Part shown: piece after piece, positions 28,566-46,732 of the stretch
Layout: each line of letters starts with the position of its first letter
How positions within the stretch are numbered: position 1 is the stretch's first letter
NCBI RefSeq assembly: GCF_009914755.1
Contig: NC_060926.1
DNA: 64,000 nt
Source of the DNA: the human T2T-CHM13v2.0 reference genome, Homo sapiens
Reading direction: 5' to 3' (one strand)
The notes under the pieces: generated by a model
What the model was told of the DNA's origin: nothing
Databases searched by the model: none
The model's input: the letters and a program-made list of their open reading frames with translations, nothing else
Translations under genes and position numbers: made by a program

Positions 28566-29458
28566 CCTACCCTAACCATCCTGTGTTAACTTGCGAAACA
28601 CCCCAGCCCTCTTCACCCCGTCCCTTGTTTGTCTGTGTTTTTCTTTTCCATAGCCCTTATTTTTGACATGCTGTATATATTCATTTATTATGTTATTGTC
28701 AGTCCTCCCCCACAAGAATATAAGCTCTGCCAGGTTAGGGATTTCTGTCAATTTTGTTCACTGACTCAGAAAAGCACCTGGCATCATATTAGTTAAGCAG
28801 ACATTGCCTGGTGCTATTTCACGGTGCTAAGTGCCCACACGTTTCCCACACTTTCTCTAGCGCATTCTTCCTCCATCGCCCGCTCCCAGCACCTGGCCAG
28901 GCTTCCAACTTCAGCCCATGATCCTCATCCTGCTTGAAGCCCTCCATGACCGCACCCCCCCAACCTCCCACAGAACTGATTGTGCCCTTCTTTGTGACAT
29001 GGTCATGCCTTGTACCAAACTCTACTCTGCATTTATCCCACTATTTTACAATTGTGAATTTGTTTGTCTTCCCTATACAAAAATGAGCTCCTGTAAGACC
29101 TGGCCAAGTTAAAGACGTCATAGTATCAGTTGAATGAATGAATGGATGAATAAATAATTGGATAGGCCAACCAATTCTTCACAATTTGGACAGTTTTTAA
29201 AACACCCCAGTGAAGTTTGAATATGGACTGGGTACAAATAACACTGTTAAATCTGTTAGGAGTAATAATGACATTAGAGTTATAATGTATCTGACATTCT
29301 ACATTATATAATGTATATATACTATATTTATATGGTTATATAAAGTATATATTATATAACAGACATATATTTTATAATATATGTTCATTGGAGATATATC
29401 CTGAACTACAGGTGAACTGATAAGATGCCTAAGGTTTGCAATAAAAGAAAATGGAATC

Positions 29459-29819
<361 letters not shown>

Positions 29820-30424
29820 GTGTGTTGGAAGAGGAGGATAGATGGCTGACAAGATGGACAAGAGACAAGGTGGGAAAATGTTAATAACTCTTCAAGTTGG
29901 GCAATGAGTATTTGACATTCATCACACTCTTCTCTCTACCTTTGCGTATGTTTAAAATTTCCTTAATAGAAATTAAAAGCAAATGAAGTGACATAGACAT
30001 TCACACTGTGCTCAATGAGAAGGAGAAAAAGTTTCCCAGTGCTGTTACCTTGTCCACCCTTCACCCACATCCAGATGAAAACGCCTCTCGCCTCTTCCAG
30101 TGCTGACCATGGAGTTTCATCATATGTGGAGAGAAAGCCAACAGTGGAAGGAAAATGTGAACACTGAGTAATTAAGACCTGAAATCGGGAGGTCTAAACA
30201 GTGTGTCCCATATGCCAGGCTGTGTGTCCCACCCTCTGTGGAAGGAAGACAGATGTGGACCTGTGCAGCAGAGGACTGCCTGCACCAAAAAGTCACCCTG
30301 AATTCTTCTAGAGAGTTAGGACTGGTGAGGGATCTTAAAAACCACTTAATTCAACTCCCTTATTTTACCAATGCAAGGAAACTATGATTCAAAGATTGCT
30401 TGACTTTCCTGAAATAGCAGCAGC

Positions 30425-30789
<365 letters not shown>

Positions 30790-31157
30790 TCAATTTTTCC
30801 CCCAGTCTCAAATCCATTTGTGAAGAGCGTTTGCATATACACCTTTCCAATACTTTGCCTTCTCTATACCCATGAGAGAGGCAGGCCTAGAAAATGGGTC
30901 AGTATGTGCTGATAACTATTTGTAAACAAATCAAATGTGGCTCAGACATGCAATAAAACTTACTAAACCTCATCAAGTTAAAATGCAGAGTCCCCTGGAG
31001 ATGCACGGGTTTATGGAGATGCAGCGGAAGGATCACCGGTGGAAGAGATGTGTCCATTGAAAAGCAGAAGAAACCTCATTCTCTGCCTTCTGCCCACAGG
31101 TCAGGTGAGACTGACCCAGCAGAGCAGGTGTGTCTTAAGCAGGTCCCTCGGCATTGT

Positions 31158-31466
<309 letters not shown>

Positions 31467-32384
31467 TAACCAGTGACCATTCATTGACTGTTGACTCTAC
31501 AAGCAGTTAGTGCTCATCATCTGGTGCCCTCAACAATCCTACCAATAAGAACCATTATCCTCACTTGACAGATGAAAAGAATGAGGCTTACAGAGGGTAA
31601 GTGACCTACTAAGAGTCATGCTAATGGGCACTAATGAGTGACTGATCCAGGGCTTGAGTCAGGCCTGTCCAACCTCACAGCTTTTCCTCCTTCCACGGTG
31701 CCAAGCTGTGTTTGAAGAATCCAGATGATTTTCACCAAATTAGAATCACTCCTATAAGAGCCAGATATGTCTGTCATCCTGAAACATGGCGGACGGTGAA
31801 AGATGGAACCATTACATCTTCCTGCTCTCCAGGGGAGGTCTCTGGCAGCAGCGCCACACTCTATAGATTCAGGGGCCATTCCAGACTGCTGTTGAAATAG
31901 GACCATGGGGGCAACAGGGAGGCAATCCCTGCTGGCTGACCTACTGATGGGTGATTCCACATCCTCTTTCCAAGTCAAACTGGGCCAAGCTGAGGCCTGT
32001 GCTCAAATTCCCTTAAACCCTCCTCACCTGTAGCTTTCACCAGCTCAGCAAAAAGGAGGTGAGAGAGGAGAGGAGAGGGGTCGACTATCCATCACTCCTC
32101 CTCCAAGAGTTTCCTTCTGTTGTGAGTGCCTCTCCAGCTCCCCTCCTGACTAGACATCCCCCCAACCCTTGCCCCACTGGACAAACAGAAAGACACACAC
32201 CTGTCCTCTCCATGCACATACACAGAAACACACACACAAACACACACACACTGCTCTTCCCAGACCTGTCTTACAGACAAGAAACTTGAGCCCAAACTTG
32301 TTTCTGGTTTACTCAGCGTCTTCCATGAGAGTCCTCCAGAGACCATATTTGGCTTCTAGAAAGCAATCATATAAAAATGAATCA

Positions 32385-32880
32385 TAAACGAAAATGCATA
32401 TCCACATCAAAACCAGTACACAAATGTTCATGGCAGCACGATTCATCATAGCCCCAAGTCCATCAACTGATGACTGGATAAACGAAATGTGGTCCATCCA
32501 TGCGACAGAACGTGATTCGGCCTTAGAGAGGAAGGAAGTGCTGACACGCACGACGGCATAGATGAACGCTGACGACGTTATGCTACAAAAGACACCAGAC
32601 ATAGAAGGCCCCATATTGTGTGAACCGTTGATATGAAGGATTCTGAATTAGCAAATCCACAGAGAAAAAAGTAGATTCGTGGTTGCACGGTGAGGGGAAT
32701 GGGGAGAGACTGTGATAGGCATGAGGTTTCTCTTTGGGGTGATGAAAATGTTCTAAAATGAAACGAGGTCATACTTGCACAACTCCAAATACAGTAAGAA
32801 CCAGTAAATTGTACACTTTAAATGACTTCATTGTATGGCATGTGAATTATATCTCAATCAAGCTGTTACCCAAATAACAA
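32385..32880 (+). mobile_element. L1MB-like 3' end
   Basis: tacacaaatgttcatggcagc..tggataaacgaaatgtggtccatccat..tggggtgatgaaaatgttcta..tgaattatatctcaat. Confidence 0.85.
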
Positions 32881-33934
32881 ACAAATGATGAGGCTTCCTA
32901 GACCCTCCAAGGGGATGGCACAGTTACTGGCAGTCTCTAAGAAGCCTCTAGAAACGTGGGAGGCTAAAACCCAAGAAACTGGCCATCTTAGGCAAACTTG
33001 CTGAGTGACCCCTAGTGAACACCCCTAGTGAGAGCCAAGCCCAGGGAGCACACTTCACAGAGGCGTGTCCAGCCCAGGTCACAGGACTCCAGACTGTGCT
33101 ACCAGACAGACCCGGGTTCCAGCCTTGACTCTGCCACCTCTCGGCTGTGGGATGGGAACAGGTCCCCTGAGACAGAGCCTCATCTGTCAAATGGAGTAAG
33201 AATAATAGGGCTGTGATGAGAATGAAATAAACTCTCACACATGGTTTGCATTCACAAAGGTGGTCACTGCTATGACAAACATGATGCCACTCCAAGGGAT
33301 GGGCTGGATAGTTAAAGTTCAGCGACAGAGGAGAGCGCTCATGTAGGATGTCTCAGCGTTCCATGTACCCACAGCGGGACGCTTTCAAGGACATGTCCCA
33401 AAGTGAGCAGGCTCTGTCTCCCTCTTAGCAGCAGTGTCCAGATGGCAGATTTGCACAAGACGTCAGCGTGTTATGAGAAAACATAATGCCAGTCCATCAT
33501 TTCTGATGCTTTGCCTGAGAGGTTTCCCCCATTATCTCATGTTTTAAATCATCAAGTAGGCACTGTTCCTAAATGCAGGATGCTGGGCGGAATTTCACAC
33601 AGGTACAAAATGGAGAAGTTGAGTCCTTACTCTCAAGAAGTAACTCTCATAGCAATTCTGTGAGTTTGGTAGGGCTGTTATTAGCATGTCCTTTTTACAG
33701 ATGAAGAAACTGAGTCCCACACAGGCTAAATGCCCTGCCCAAGATCTTGTAGCTACTAAAGTTGCTGGCAATGTTGAAACTCAAGCCTATGGGGGTCCTG
33801 ACCTCCAGCCTCGTGTCTTCCTCTGGCTATGGGTTCTCTGAGACATCAAAGCATGGGCTTAAGACTGTCAGAGGCACCGCCTGCCTCACAAATAATCAAG
33901 CAATGAGGACAGGAAACCAAGACAGAGGCCTTGT

Positions 33935-34106
33935 CAGGACCTACTATATAATTTGCAGGGCCAAGTACAAAATGAAAATGCAAGCCCCTTCTTCGAATAT
34001 CATGAAGACAGTGACAGCAGAGGATCAAAGCCAGCTCAGGGCCCTTCCACGCACCAGTCCCTGTGTGGCTGTGACTGCACAGTCACATGTTCCTGAAGCC
34101 AGCCTG
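33935..34106 (-). mobile_element. MER45A-like hAT MITE
   Basis: caggacc..tataatttgcagggcc..caaaatgaaaatgc..gactgcacagtcac..gaagccagcctg matches the recalled MER45A reverse complement. Confidence 0.75.
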
Positions 34107-34832
34107 CCCCTCGTCCCTGTCACACAAACGCCCAGTGCAGAGCAGACATCTAAGTAACCCTACCGTCTGGCTCAAACAAGAAACAAACTCTCCTGGTCAG
34201 GCTGTGAGCCTGCCCTGACCCCACATCCAGCCACCTGCCGTGTGGACACGCATCTCTCGGGATGGCTGACCCAGCATCCTTCAGCATTTCCGACTTTGCA
34301 GATTTGCAATCTCTTGGCTGACACTGCAGCCACCTTCTTTGTCTGAGAAACCGTCGCCCTTGCCAGGGTTCAGCGCAGCGACACACAGATCCATTAACAC
34401 TCTCCGGGTGCCATGGAGTGGAAATGTCTACGTAAAGCCAGAGGGCTCATTGGCAGGGCTGTCAGAGCTGCATTTTTCTTAAGCAACTGTTTTGTCTCCT
34501 TGTTTGTGGCACCTATGGCTGTCTTGCAGAAAACAACACACTACAGTGACAACTGGCTGATCTTTCTTTCCATCTGCCACGCGAGCCTTACTTTTTCTGA
34601 ATAATAGGTACACAGGAATGGCAGAGAAGCCAGACCCTGCTAGAATTTCATGAATAAGGAAGAGAATTTGGTATTAATTAGACATCAGAGGCAGACAGAA
34701 GTGAGTCCTGGGCCTTCCAAAGACCTGATGAATTAGCTGTGAGATTTAAACAGGGCACATTCTCTTTCTTATGGCTTGAACTGTGTTTCCCCCAAAAAAA
34801 GATATGTTGAAGTCCTACCCCCCAGTACCTCA

Positions 34833-35138
<306 letters not shown>

Positions 35139-35271
35139 AGAAAGGAGAGAGAGAGAGAGAGAGGGAGAGGGAGAGAGAGAGAGGGAGAGGGAGAGGGAGA
35201 GAGAGAGAGAAAGAGGGAGAGAAAGGAAGGAAGGAAGGAAAGAAGGAAGGGAGTGAGGAAGGGGAAAATAC

Positions 35272-35573
<302 letters not shown>

Positions 35574-36488
35574 CGGAAAATATAGAGTTGTTGCAGATGT
35601 AATTAGTTAAATTAAGATGAGGTCATACTGGAGCAGTGTGGACCTCTAACCCAATATGACTAGTGTCCTTATAAGAGAGATGAAGAGACACATGTGACGG
35701 TGGAGGCAGAGACTGGAGTGATGTTTCCACAGGCCAAGGAACATGGAAGATGCCCATCAGGCCACCAGAAGCCGGGAGGGAGGCCTGGGCTAGATAATCC
35801 CAGCACCACTTGCCACCTTGGAAGAGGACACACCAGGCCCAGCTCAGCCTTCAGGTGGCCGCCTCCCTGGCTGACAGCTGGCCCAGCCGTAGCCTGGGTG
35901 GCTGTAGAAGGAAGCAACCCTGCCAACACCTTGATCTCAGGCCTCTGGCCTCCAGAGCTGTGTGAGAGCACATTTCAAGTGCACGAAGCCACCCGGTGAG
36001 TGGCACTTTGCCACGGCAGCCCCAGGAAATGGACGCACCTCTTTACCTGAAACGTAACAAGGGTGTTGGCCTGGATGATCTCTGGGGTCCTTTCCATCTC
36101 TACATATGCTGACTTTGGTCACATTCTCATCTTGTCCCCAAAAGTCAAATTGTCACTCAAGTCAAATTTACCTAGTTCTGTTGTTCCTTCATTCCAGAAG
36201 CTTCCTGGACCCCAGCAACCAGCACCGTCTCCCTCTGCAGCTCCCCAGTGAGTGGGCTGCCTCCTCAACTGCACATCTGCTTCATGTCAGGCCCTCTGCT
36301 GCGAACTGGGGTAAAAATGCAGACTGGGTTCTTGACCCCGTGAAGGTGAAATTCTAGTGGAGACTTGGCTTTGAACACAAAATCTACTAGGGCAGCCGTC
36401 CCCTAGGATGGCCCCCAGTGAGCCCCACATCCTGGTGATGTTCACAACCCCATGGAGTTGCATCTCTTGTTGATGTGGGGCTGGCCTA

Positions 36489-36925
36489 TCAACCGATGAA
36501 TGGATGGAGGAGATGTGGTATGTCCATACAATGGAATAGCACTCAGCTATGAAAAGGAACAAAATGCTGACACATGTTACAACATGGAGGAACTTCGGAA
36601 ACATTATGTTGAGTGAAATAACACAGGCACTAAAGGACAAAAACCACAGGATTCTACTTAAATGAGGTTCCTAGAATAGGCAGAATTCACAGAGACAGAA
36701 AGCAGATTAGGGGCTACCAGGGATGGGGAGAGATGGGGGAATGGGACTTATTGATTAATGGATACAGAGTTTCTACATGGAGTGGTGGGAAGGTTTTGGA
36801 AGTAGAGGTAGTGATGGTTGTACATTGTGAATATAATTCACACCACTGAATTGCACATCTGAAAAGGATTAGCATGGCATGGTTTGTGATATATATTTTA
36901 CCACAATAATATAAAAATAAATTCA
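36489..36925 (+). mobile_element. L1MA/MB 3' end
   Basis: caaccgatgaatggat..catacaatggaata..acattatgttgagtgaaataa..atattttaccacaat. Confidence 0.9.
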
Positions 36926-36926
36926 A

Positions 36927-37149
36927 AGCCAGCCTGGGCCATAGAGCAAGACCCTATCTCTAAAAAAAAAAAAAAAATTAAGTAGCCAAGCATGGTGGCG
37001 CATGCCTGTGGTCCCAGTTACTTGGAAGACTGAGACGGGAGGATCCCTTGAGCCTGAGAGGTCAAGGCTGCAGTGAGCCATGATCATGCCCCTAGCTGAT
37101 CTAGCTGCACTCTAGCCTGGGCAATCGAGCAAGACCGTCTCAAAAAAAA
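36927..37149 (+). mobile_element. 5'-truncated AluJ
   Basis: ccagcctgggc..ggtcaaggctgcagtgagcc. Confidence 0.9.
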
Positions 37150-37607
37150 GACTGACCTATGTGACCAATACAACACGGCAGACATGCTAGTGTGTGACCT
37201 TCACATCAAGGTCACAAAGGCATCCTGGCCTCTGCCTCCGACTCCAGGCTCACTCGTTCTGGAGGAAGCTGGCTGCCACGCCACGAAGACATGCAAGCAG
37301 CCCCATGGCAAGACCCTTGCGAAGGGAAACTGAGGCCTCCTGTCGATCGCCGGCACCAACTTGCCACCTTGGAAGAGGACCTACAAGGCCCAGCTCAGCC
37401 TTCAGTGAACCGCCTCCCTGGTTGACAGCTGGCCCAGCTGCAGCCTCCTCAGAGGCCAGAACCACCCAGCTAAACCTCTCCTGACACCTAAACCAAGGAC
37501 ACCATGGCACATGATAAGTAATTATGTGGTTTTAAGCCAATATGTTTTAGAGTTATTTGCTACATATCATTATAGCACTAATACACTCATCAGTAAATAT
37601 GAGGACA

Positions 37608-37712
37608 GGCTCATGTCTGTAGTCCCAGCACTTTGGGATGCCAAGGCAGGAGGATCACTTGAGCCCAGGAGTTCAAAACTAGTCTGGGCAACATAGAAAG
37701 ACCCTGTCTCTA
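37608..37712 (+). mobile_element. FLAM / Alu left monomer
   Basis: Left arm only; TSD taaatatgaggaca at about 37594 and 37757. Confidence 0.85.
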
Positions 37713-37775
37713 CTTTTTTTTTAATTAAAAAAATTTTTAAGAAGTACAAAAAATAAATAAATATGAGGACAAAGT

Positions 37776-38135
<360 letters not shown>

Positions 38136-38734
38136 TCATAACCATCACCTCAGTAACGGCAGGGGCTTCTTTTCTCAGGAGGTTCCCTGGCGGAGTTTGT
38201 AAGGATGATTATATCTACACCTGAATGCCTTTTGTCAGTGTTGGTGAACTCTCAGTTTTTAAATATTGCTTCTGCCACATTTTTTCTCCTCCTGTTTTGT
38301 GACCCCAATTATAGGTATGTTTGCTCTTTTCATTCTATCCCATATTTTCTTTAAACTCTACCCTGCGTTTCCCCCCTCTTGTCTCTCTGTGCTTCTGTCC
38401 AGACTATTTTCTTCTATGCCTTTCATTTGTACATTTCCTGCTATCAGACCCACCAGCGGTATTTTCAGTTTCTGTACTTTTCACTTTTCACAGAATTTCC
38501 ACTTGGTTCTTTTTTTATACTTTCCAGTTCTCTGCCAAAAATTCTTAATCTTGCCTTTTCATCCTTGATCGCATTCATCATGGATAATTCCATGATCAGG
38601 ATCCTCGTGGGTCTGTTTCTATTGTCTGATTGTCTGATTTTTCTCCCAGGTTTTCACCCCTGTCTTGTCTTTTTCTTACTCCAGAGCCCATTTATTGACT
38701 GCCAAGCACTGTGTGTGGAAAATGATAGAGATAA

Positions 38735-39910
<1,176 letters not shown>

Positions 39911-40151
39911 GGTCCTAACCCAGTCAAGGACTTAAAAGATTTGGTGGTGGCCATGGTTCTTTCTAAGAGCTGGGTTATTTCTGTTCAGTCTTCGCTACTG
40001 GAGTGTGGTTCTTCAGGGCGCCACGAAAGTCTGGGATACTTACCAGGACCCTCCTGGATGGGCCTTGAAATCTAATTTTTTCTCTTCCAGCCCCAAGCAT
40101 CTGATAAATCTTTGCTCAGCTTCACTCTTTCAAACCACTACTTCTGTGGGG

Positions 40152-40456
<305 letters not shown>

Positions 40457-40527
40457 TACTTTTGAATTAAAATCACCCCCAAGTAAAAGGAGGGACCGAT
40501 GCCAGGCTCTCCTCTCTGGATTTCCCT

Positions 40528-40662
40528 CTGTGTGTGTGTGTGTGCATGTGTACATGCGTGTATGTGTGTGTGCATGCATATGTGTGCATGCGTGTGTGTG
40601 GGTGCATGCATGTAGTGTGTGTGCATGTGCATGTGTGCATGTGTGTACGTGGGTGTGTGTGT
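40528..40662. repeat. (TG)/(CATG) compound microsatellite
   Basis: About 135 bp of alternating purine/pyrimidine. Confidence 0.95.
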
Positions 40663-40807
40663 ATTCCATTGTTTTTTGTTCACATTGGAAGTTCAGCCTA
40701 AAACAACCTAGTCTGCCACTGTCAAAAGCAGATATTCCTCAGTCTTTTTAAAAACTTATCATCTAAATTTTCCAACAGACCTAAAAATACAGAGATAATA
40801 TAATTAA

Positions 40808-41054
40808 CTCCACGAGAAAACTATTAAAACTGATCAGTAAAGTTGCAAGATACAAAATTAACATGCAAAAATCAGTAGGATTTCTATTTGCCAATAGCAA
40901 ACAATCGGAAAAATAAATTTAAAATGTAATCCCATTACAACAGCCACAAATAAAATTAAACACCAGGGAATTAACTAACCAAAGAAGTGAAATATTTCTA
41001 TAATAAAAACTATAAAACACTGATGATGGAAATTGAAGAGGACACCAAAAAAAA
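40808..41054 (+). mobile_element. Internal L1 ORF2 fragment (L1MA-like)
   Basis: agttgcaagatacaaaattaacatgcaaaaatcagtag..aactataaaacactgatg..gaaattgaagaggacac. Confidence 0.85.
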
Positions 41055-41264
41055 GGAGGGCAGAGAGGGGGAAAGTTCTAGAAAAGGAAACAGAAGACAT
41101 TTGGTACAAGGTCCAAATAAAACAAGATCCCCCCCCAAAAAAAATGCAGGAAAAAAAATCATCAAATAAGTTATTCAAGAAAATGTCTCCAAATGATAGG
41201 ATATGGATTATAGGTTTAAAACAAAATTAAGTGCCTTGCACAGTGAGTAAAAAGAAGAGTTTTA

Positions 41265-41635
<371 letters not shown>

Positions 41636-42029
41636 TCAAACAAAATAGAAGGCAATTATTTCAGGAGACAAGTAAACAGCTTAGGTTTTAGCTTCATGAC
41701 GTGGAAACAGCATGAGTGACTCTACTTTGGGTTGGTCTGTTGGAGCCTAGTACAGAAAACACCATGGCTCAGCTATGAAGAATACTTACCTGATCGTGAT
41801 AATGTAAGCATTGATTTATCTATATATTAAAATATTGGGAAGATGGGGAGGGGGATGAAAGAAGGTGCCTATATGGACCATGGGGAGACTTCCCCTTTGC
41901 CCTCTGAATGTTTGCTGAAAAATCAGCTCACAAAAAGCAGACTGATAGAAATGGAGGCCTGGTGTAGTGGAGGCCAAGGAGGGAAGATGGCCTGAGGCCA
42001 GGAGTTTGAGACCAGCCTGGGCAACATAA

Positions 42030-42391
<362 letters not shown>

Positions 42392-42528
42392 TAAATAGGA
42401 GAAATGGCATACAAATTTGATACTCAATGGGGTACAAATGCTTACGTACCCTACTTCTTAGAGGAAAGGGAGATAGGGAAATATGGATGATTTTAGGAGG
42501 ATAATAAATGATTTTTAGGGGAATACAG

Positions 42529-43027
42529 CAGCAATCCCCAACCTTTTTGGCACCAGGGACCAATTTCGTGGACAGGGGATGGGGATAATTTGGGGATGAT
42601 TCAAGCTCATTACATTTACTGTGCACTTTATTTCTATTATTATTACATTGTAATATATAATGAAATAATTGTACAACTCACCATCATGTAGGAGCCCTGA
42701 GCTTGTTTTCTTGCAACTAGATGGTCCTATATGGGGGAGATGGGAGACAGTGACAGATCATCAGGCATTAGATTCTCATAAGGAGTACACAGCCTAGATC
42801 CCTCATATGCGCAGTTCACAATAGGGCTCATGCTCCTATGAGAATCTAATGCCACTGCTGACCCGACAGGAGGCAGAGCTCAGGCAGTAACGTGAGCAAC
42901 GAGGAGCAGCTGTAAATACAGATGAAGCTTTGCTGGCTCGCGCACCACTCACCTCCTGCTGTCTGGCCCAGTTCCTAACAAGCCATGGACCAGTACCAGT
43001 CCATGGTCCAGGGGCTGGAGAACCCTG
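42529..43027 (+). mobile_element. MER1A hAT-Charlie DNA transposon
   Basis: TIR cagcaatccccaacc...ggagaaccctg and a perfect 8-bp TSD gaatacag (42521-28, 43028-35). Confidence 0.93.
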
Positions 43028-43237
43028 GAATACAGGATTTGAAGAACATACAATGGCCTGGGACAAATTCTGTAGGGCCTGAAGAGCAGACAATGGTTCA
43101 TGACAAGTCTGTCCAGGTGTGTTGGCGGACTTCAGGCTTTGTTCCTGCAATATGAGTTCAGTGAATGAAAACCCAGGGAGGAGACCAAAGATCATTGCTT
43201 TATTCTTTGGTGGGTTCGGAGTTTAGGCAGGTAAAGG

Positions 43238-44251
43238 TATCGGGGGAACCAGCTCCCAATATTTCAACATAGGTTCTTTCTATTTTCCATAAGTGTCGGC
43301 CAGCTGAGAAATAAAGAGAAAGAGTACAAAGAGAGGAATTTTACAGCTGGGCCTCCGGGGGTGACATCACATATCGGTAGGACCGTGATGCCCACTTGAG
43401 CCTTAAAGCCAGCAAGTTTTATTAAGGATTTCAAAAGTGGAGGGGGTGCAAGAACAGGGAGTAGGTCACAAAGATCACATGCTTCAAAGGGCAAAAAGGA
43501 GAACAAAGATCACAAAGCAAAAGGCAAAAGCAAAGATCACAAGGCAAAGAGCAAAAGCAAAATTACTGATAAGGGTCTATGTTCAGCAGTGCACGTATTG
43601 TCTTGATAAACATCTTAAACAACAGAAAACAGGGTTTGAGAGCAGAGAACTGGTCTGACCTCAAATTTACCAGGGCGGGGTTTCCCCCCACCCTAGTAAG
43701 GCTGAGGGTGCTGCAGGAGACCAGGACGTATTTCAGTCCTTATCTCAACTGCATAAGACAGACATTCTCAGAGCGGCCATTTATAGACCTTCCCCCAGGA
43801 ATGCATTTCTTTCCCAGAGTATTAATCCTTGTTAGGAAAAGAATTTAGCAATATCTTCCCTACTTGCACATCCATTTATAGGCTCTCTGCAAGAAGAAAA
43901 ATATGGCTCTATTTTGCCCAACCCCACAGGCAGTCAGACCTTATGGTTGTCTTCCCTTGTTCCCTGAAAATCGCTGTTATTCTGTTCTTTTTCAAGGTGC
44001 ACTGATTTCATATTGTTCAAACACACGTTTTACAATCAATTGGTGCAGTTAACACAACAGTGGTCCTGAGGTGACGTACATCCTCAGCTTACGAAGACAA
44101 CAGGATTAAGAGATTAAAGTAAGACAGGTGTAAGAAATTATAAGAGTATTATTTGGGAACTGACAAATGTCCATGAAATCTTCACAATTTATGTTCCTCT
44201 GCCACAGCTCCAGCCGGTCCCTCCATTCGGGGTCCCTGACTTCCCGCAACA
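43238..44251 (-). mobile_element. MER11 solo LTR (HERV-K11/HML-8)
   Basis: Reverse complement starts tgttgcgggaagtcagggacccc and ends ggttcccccgata. 6-bp TSD taaagg (43232-37, 44252-57). Confidence 0.95.
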
Positions 44252-44541
44252 TAAAGGAACTGCAGACAACAACTTCATCCTGTGCTTGGGGAGAGACAGA
44301 GGATTGAGAGGCGAGAGGGGGTGCGGGGGACAACAGTTCTCCTTGGTGGGTCCATCAGGTCTTTAACTAGATCAGGGAGAAGTCTCTTCCAGTATATTTA
44401 TCTTGAAGAATTTTTAAGTCAAAATACTCATTACACCAGGGAGCCAACTTCAGGGTGAATTTCCCTGTGCCTCTTCATGTACAAGGAAACTTCATTAGTA
44501 GGACGGCAATAGATAATGTCTAAAACAGGGGGAAAGAGTCA

Positions 44542-44871
<330 letters not shown>

Positions 44872-45104
44872 GCAAGCAAGCAAGCAATATGGGGGAATCC
44901 CAGCAAAGTTAAAATAGTTGAAAATGCTTATCTCTAAAGAGTGAAATTCAGGTGAGAAGGTGTGAGGCAGGTATAGTTGTTTTTGTTAGAAGTGCTGTAA
45001 CTATTTTAATTTTACAACTATGTACATGTATCAGTCCAATAAAACAGAGGGAAAGGCTTTATTTTATAACTGATACATTAACAAGCATTAAAAATAATTA
45101 GCAT

Positions 45105-45410
45105 GGACTGGGTGCAGCGGCTCATGCCTATAATCCTAGCACTTTGGGAGGCCAAGGTGGGCAGATCACCCGAGGTCAGGAGTTCAAGACCAGCCTGACC
45201 AACATGGCGAAACCCCATCTCTACTAAAAATACAAAAATTAGCTGGGCGTGGTGGTGTGCACCTGTAATCCCAGCTACTTGGAGGCTGAGGTAAGAGAAT
45301 CACTTGAACCCAGGAGGTGGAGGTTGCAGTGAGCTCAGATCATGCCACTGCACTCTAGCCTGGGTGACAGAGTGAGACTCCATCTCAAAAAATAATAATA
45401 ACAATAATAA
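45105..45410 (+). mobile_element. AluSx
   Basis: Full dimer with TSD-like aataat(t/a)agcatg. Confidence 0.95.
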
Positions 45411-45550
45411 GCATGAAATTGTGGTGAAACTGGAACATCAAAATCCTGCTAACAATGTAAATGTGTGCAAGCCCCATGGTTTCATTTCCAGAACATTTCG
45501 AGAGCCATTCAAACGTTGGAACCCTTTTAACCAATTCTCTCACTCTAGAG

Positions 45551-45876
45551 CAGGGATCTATGCAGGCAAATTATGACCATGGGCCAAACCCAGCCTACCA
45601 TCTATTTGTGTACGATCCATAAGCCAAGAATGGTCTTTATGTTATTTTAATTGTTGAAAAAAATCAAAAGAATAACATTTTGTGATGCATAAAAATGATA
45701 AGGAATTCAAAGTTTGGTGTCCATAAACAAAAGCGTGTCCTCACACAGCCTTGCCAATGCGTTTGCAAGGGCCTGTGGCTGCTTTTGTGCTGCAAAGGAA
45801 TCTGCAATAGAGAGCTCATGACTCACAGAGCTGAGAAGACTATTTGGTCCTTTGCAGAAGCAGCCTGCCCATCCCA
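45551..45876 (+). mobile_element. MER58B-like hAT-Charlie
   Basis: ggcaaattatgaccatgggccaaacccagcc..aaaaaatcaaaagaataacattttgtga..tatttggtcctttgcagaa. Confidence 0.75.
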
Positions 45877-46376
45877 GTACAGGGGGAGGCAGCGTCGTCC
45901 AGGAGGGCGGCTCAAAGCTGGACTCCTCTGATTCCTGGCTATGAGACCTCAAGTTTCCTAACTTGTCTGTGAAATGGTTTTCTCATCTTAAAGCAAAGAT
46001 ATTATTAGTACCAGCCTTCTGGGGCTGCTGTGACGATTCAGTGAATGAGCCCCCGTAAATCAGAGGGCACCCACACTTGGTGTAGGAGAACTGCCACTGC
46101 TTCCCCATGGACATCAGTAACGCAAGCAACAGGTGTACGCACAAACATTTGCACAGCCGGCACTGCCTATGGCAGGGTCCTGACACCCGGGTGGCCTCAC
46201 CCACAGCTCTGGCAAAAGCAGAGACCCGGGGCCAGTCCACAGATTCACAAATAGTCCGTTCTGTTATGCTGCGAAGCAGACATCCCTAAAAATCCCTGCA
46301 CTCTGCAAACTCATGTGAGATGACCCAGCAGGCTATGAGGGAGATAGAGTTAGGGGCTTCGTCAGCAAGACATTTA

Positions 46377-46732
<356 letters not shown>

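Larger units (their letters stand above)
36385..37587 (+). mobile_element. MLT1F-like LTR interrupted by an L1 3' end and an AluJ
   Basis: ctaggatggcccccagtgagccccacatcctgg | tgtgaccaata..gaaccacccagctaaacc..tttaagcca..ctaataca. The insert is flanked by ggctggcctat/gactgacctat. Confidence 0.8.

Noticed and set aside
35694-37484. Two ORFs sharing TCHLGRG..RPSSAF..PPPWLTAGPA, which look like paralogous genes
   Set aside because: Explained by the DNA-level copy between two MLT1 LTRs; not coding.
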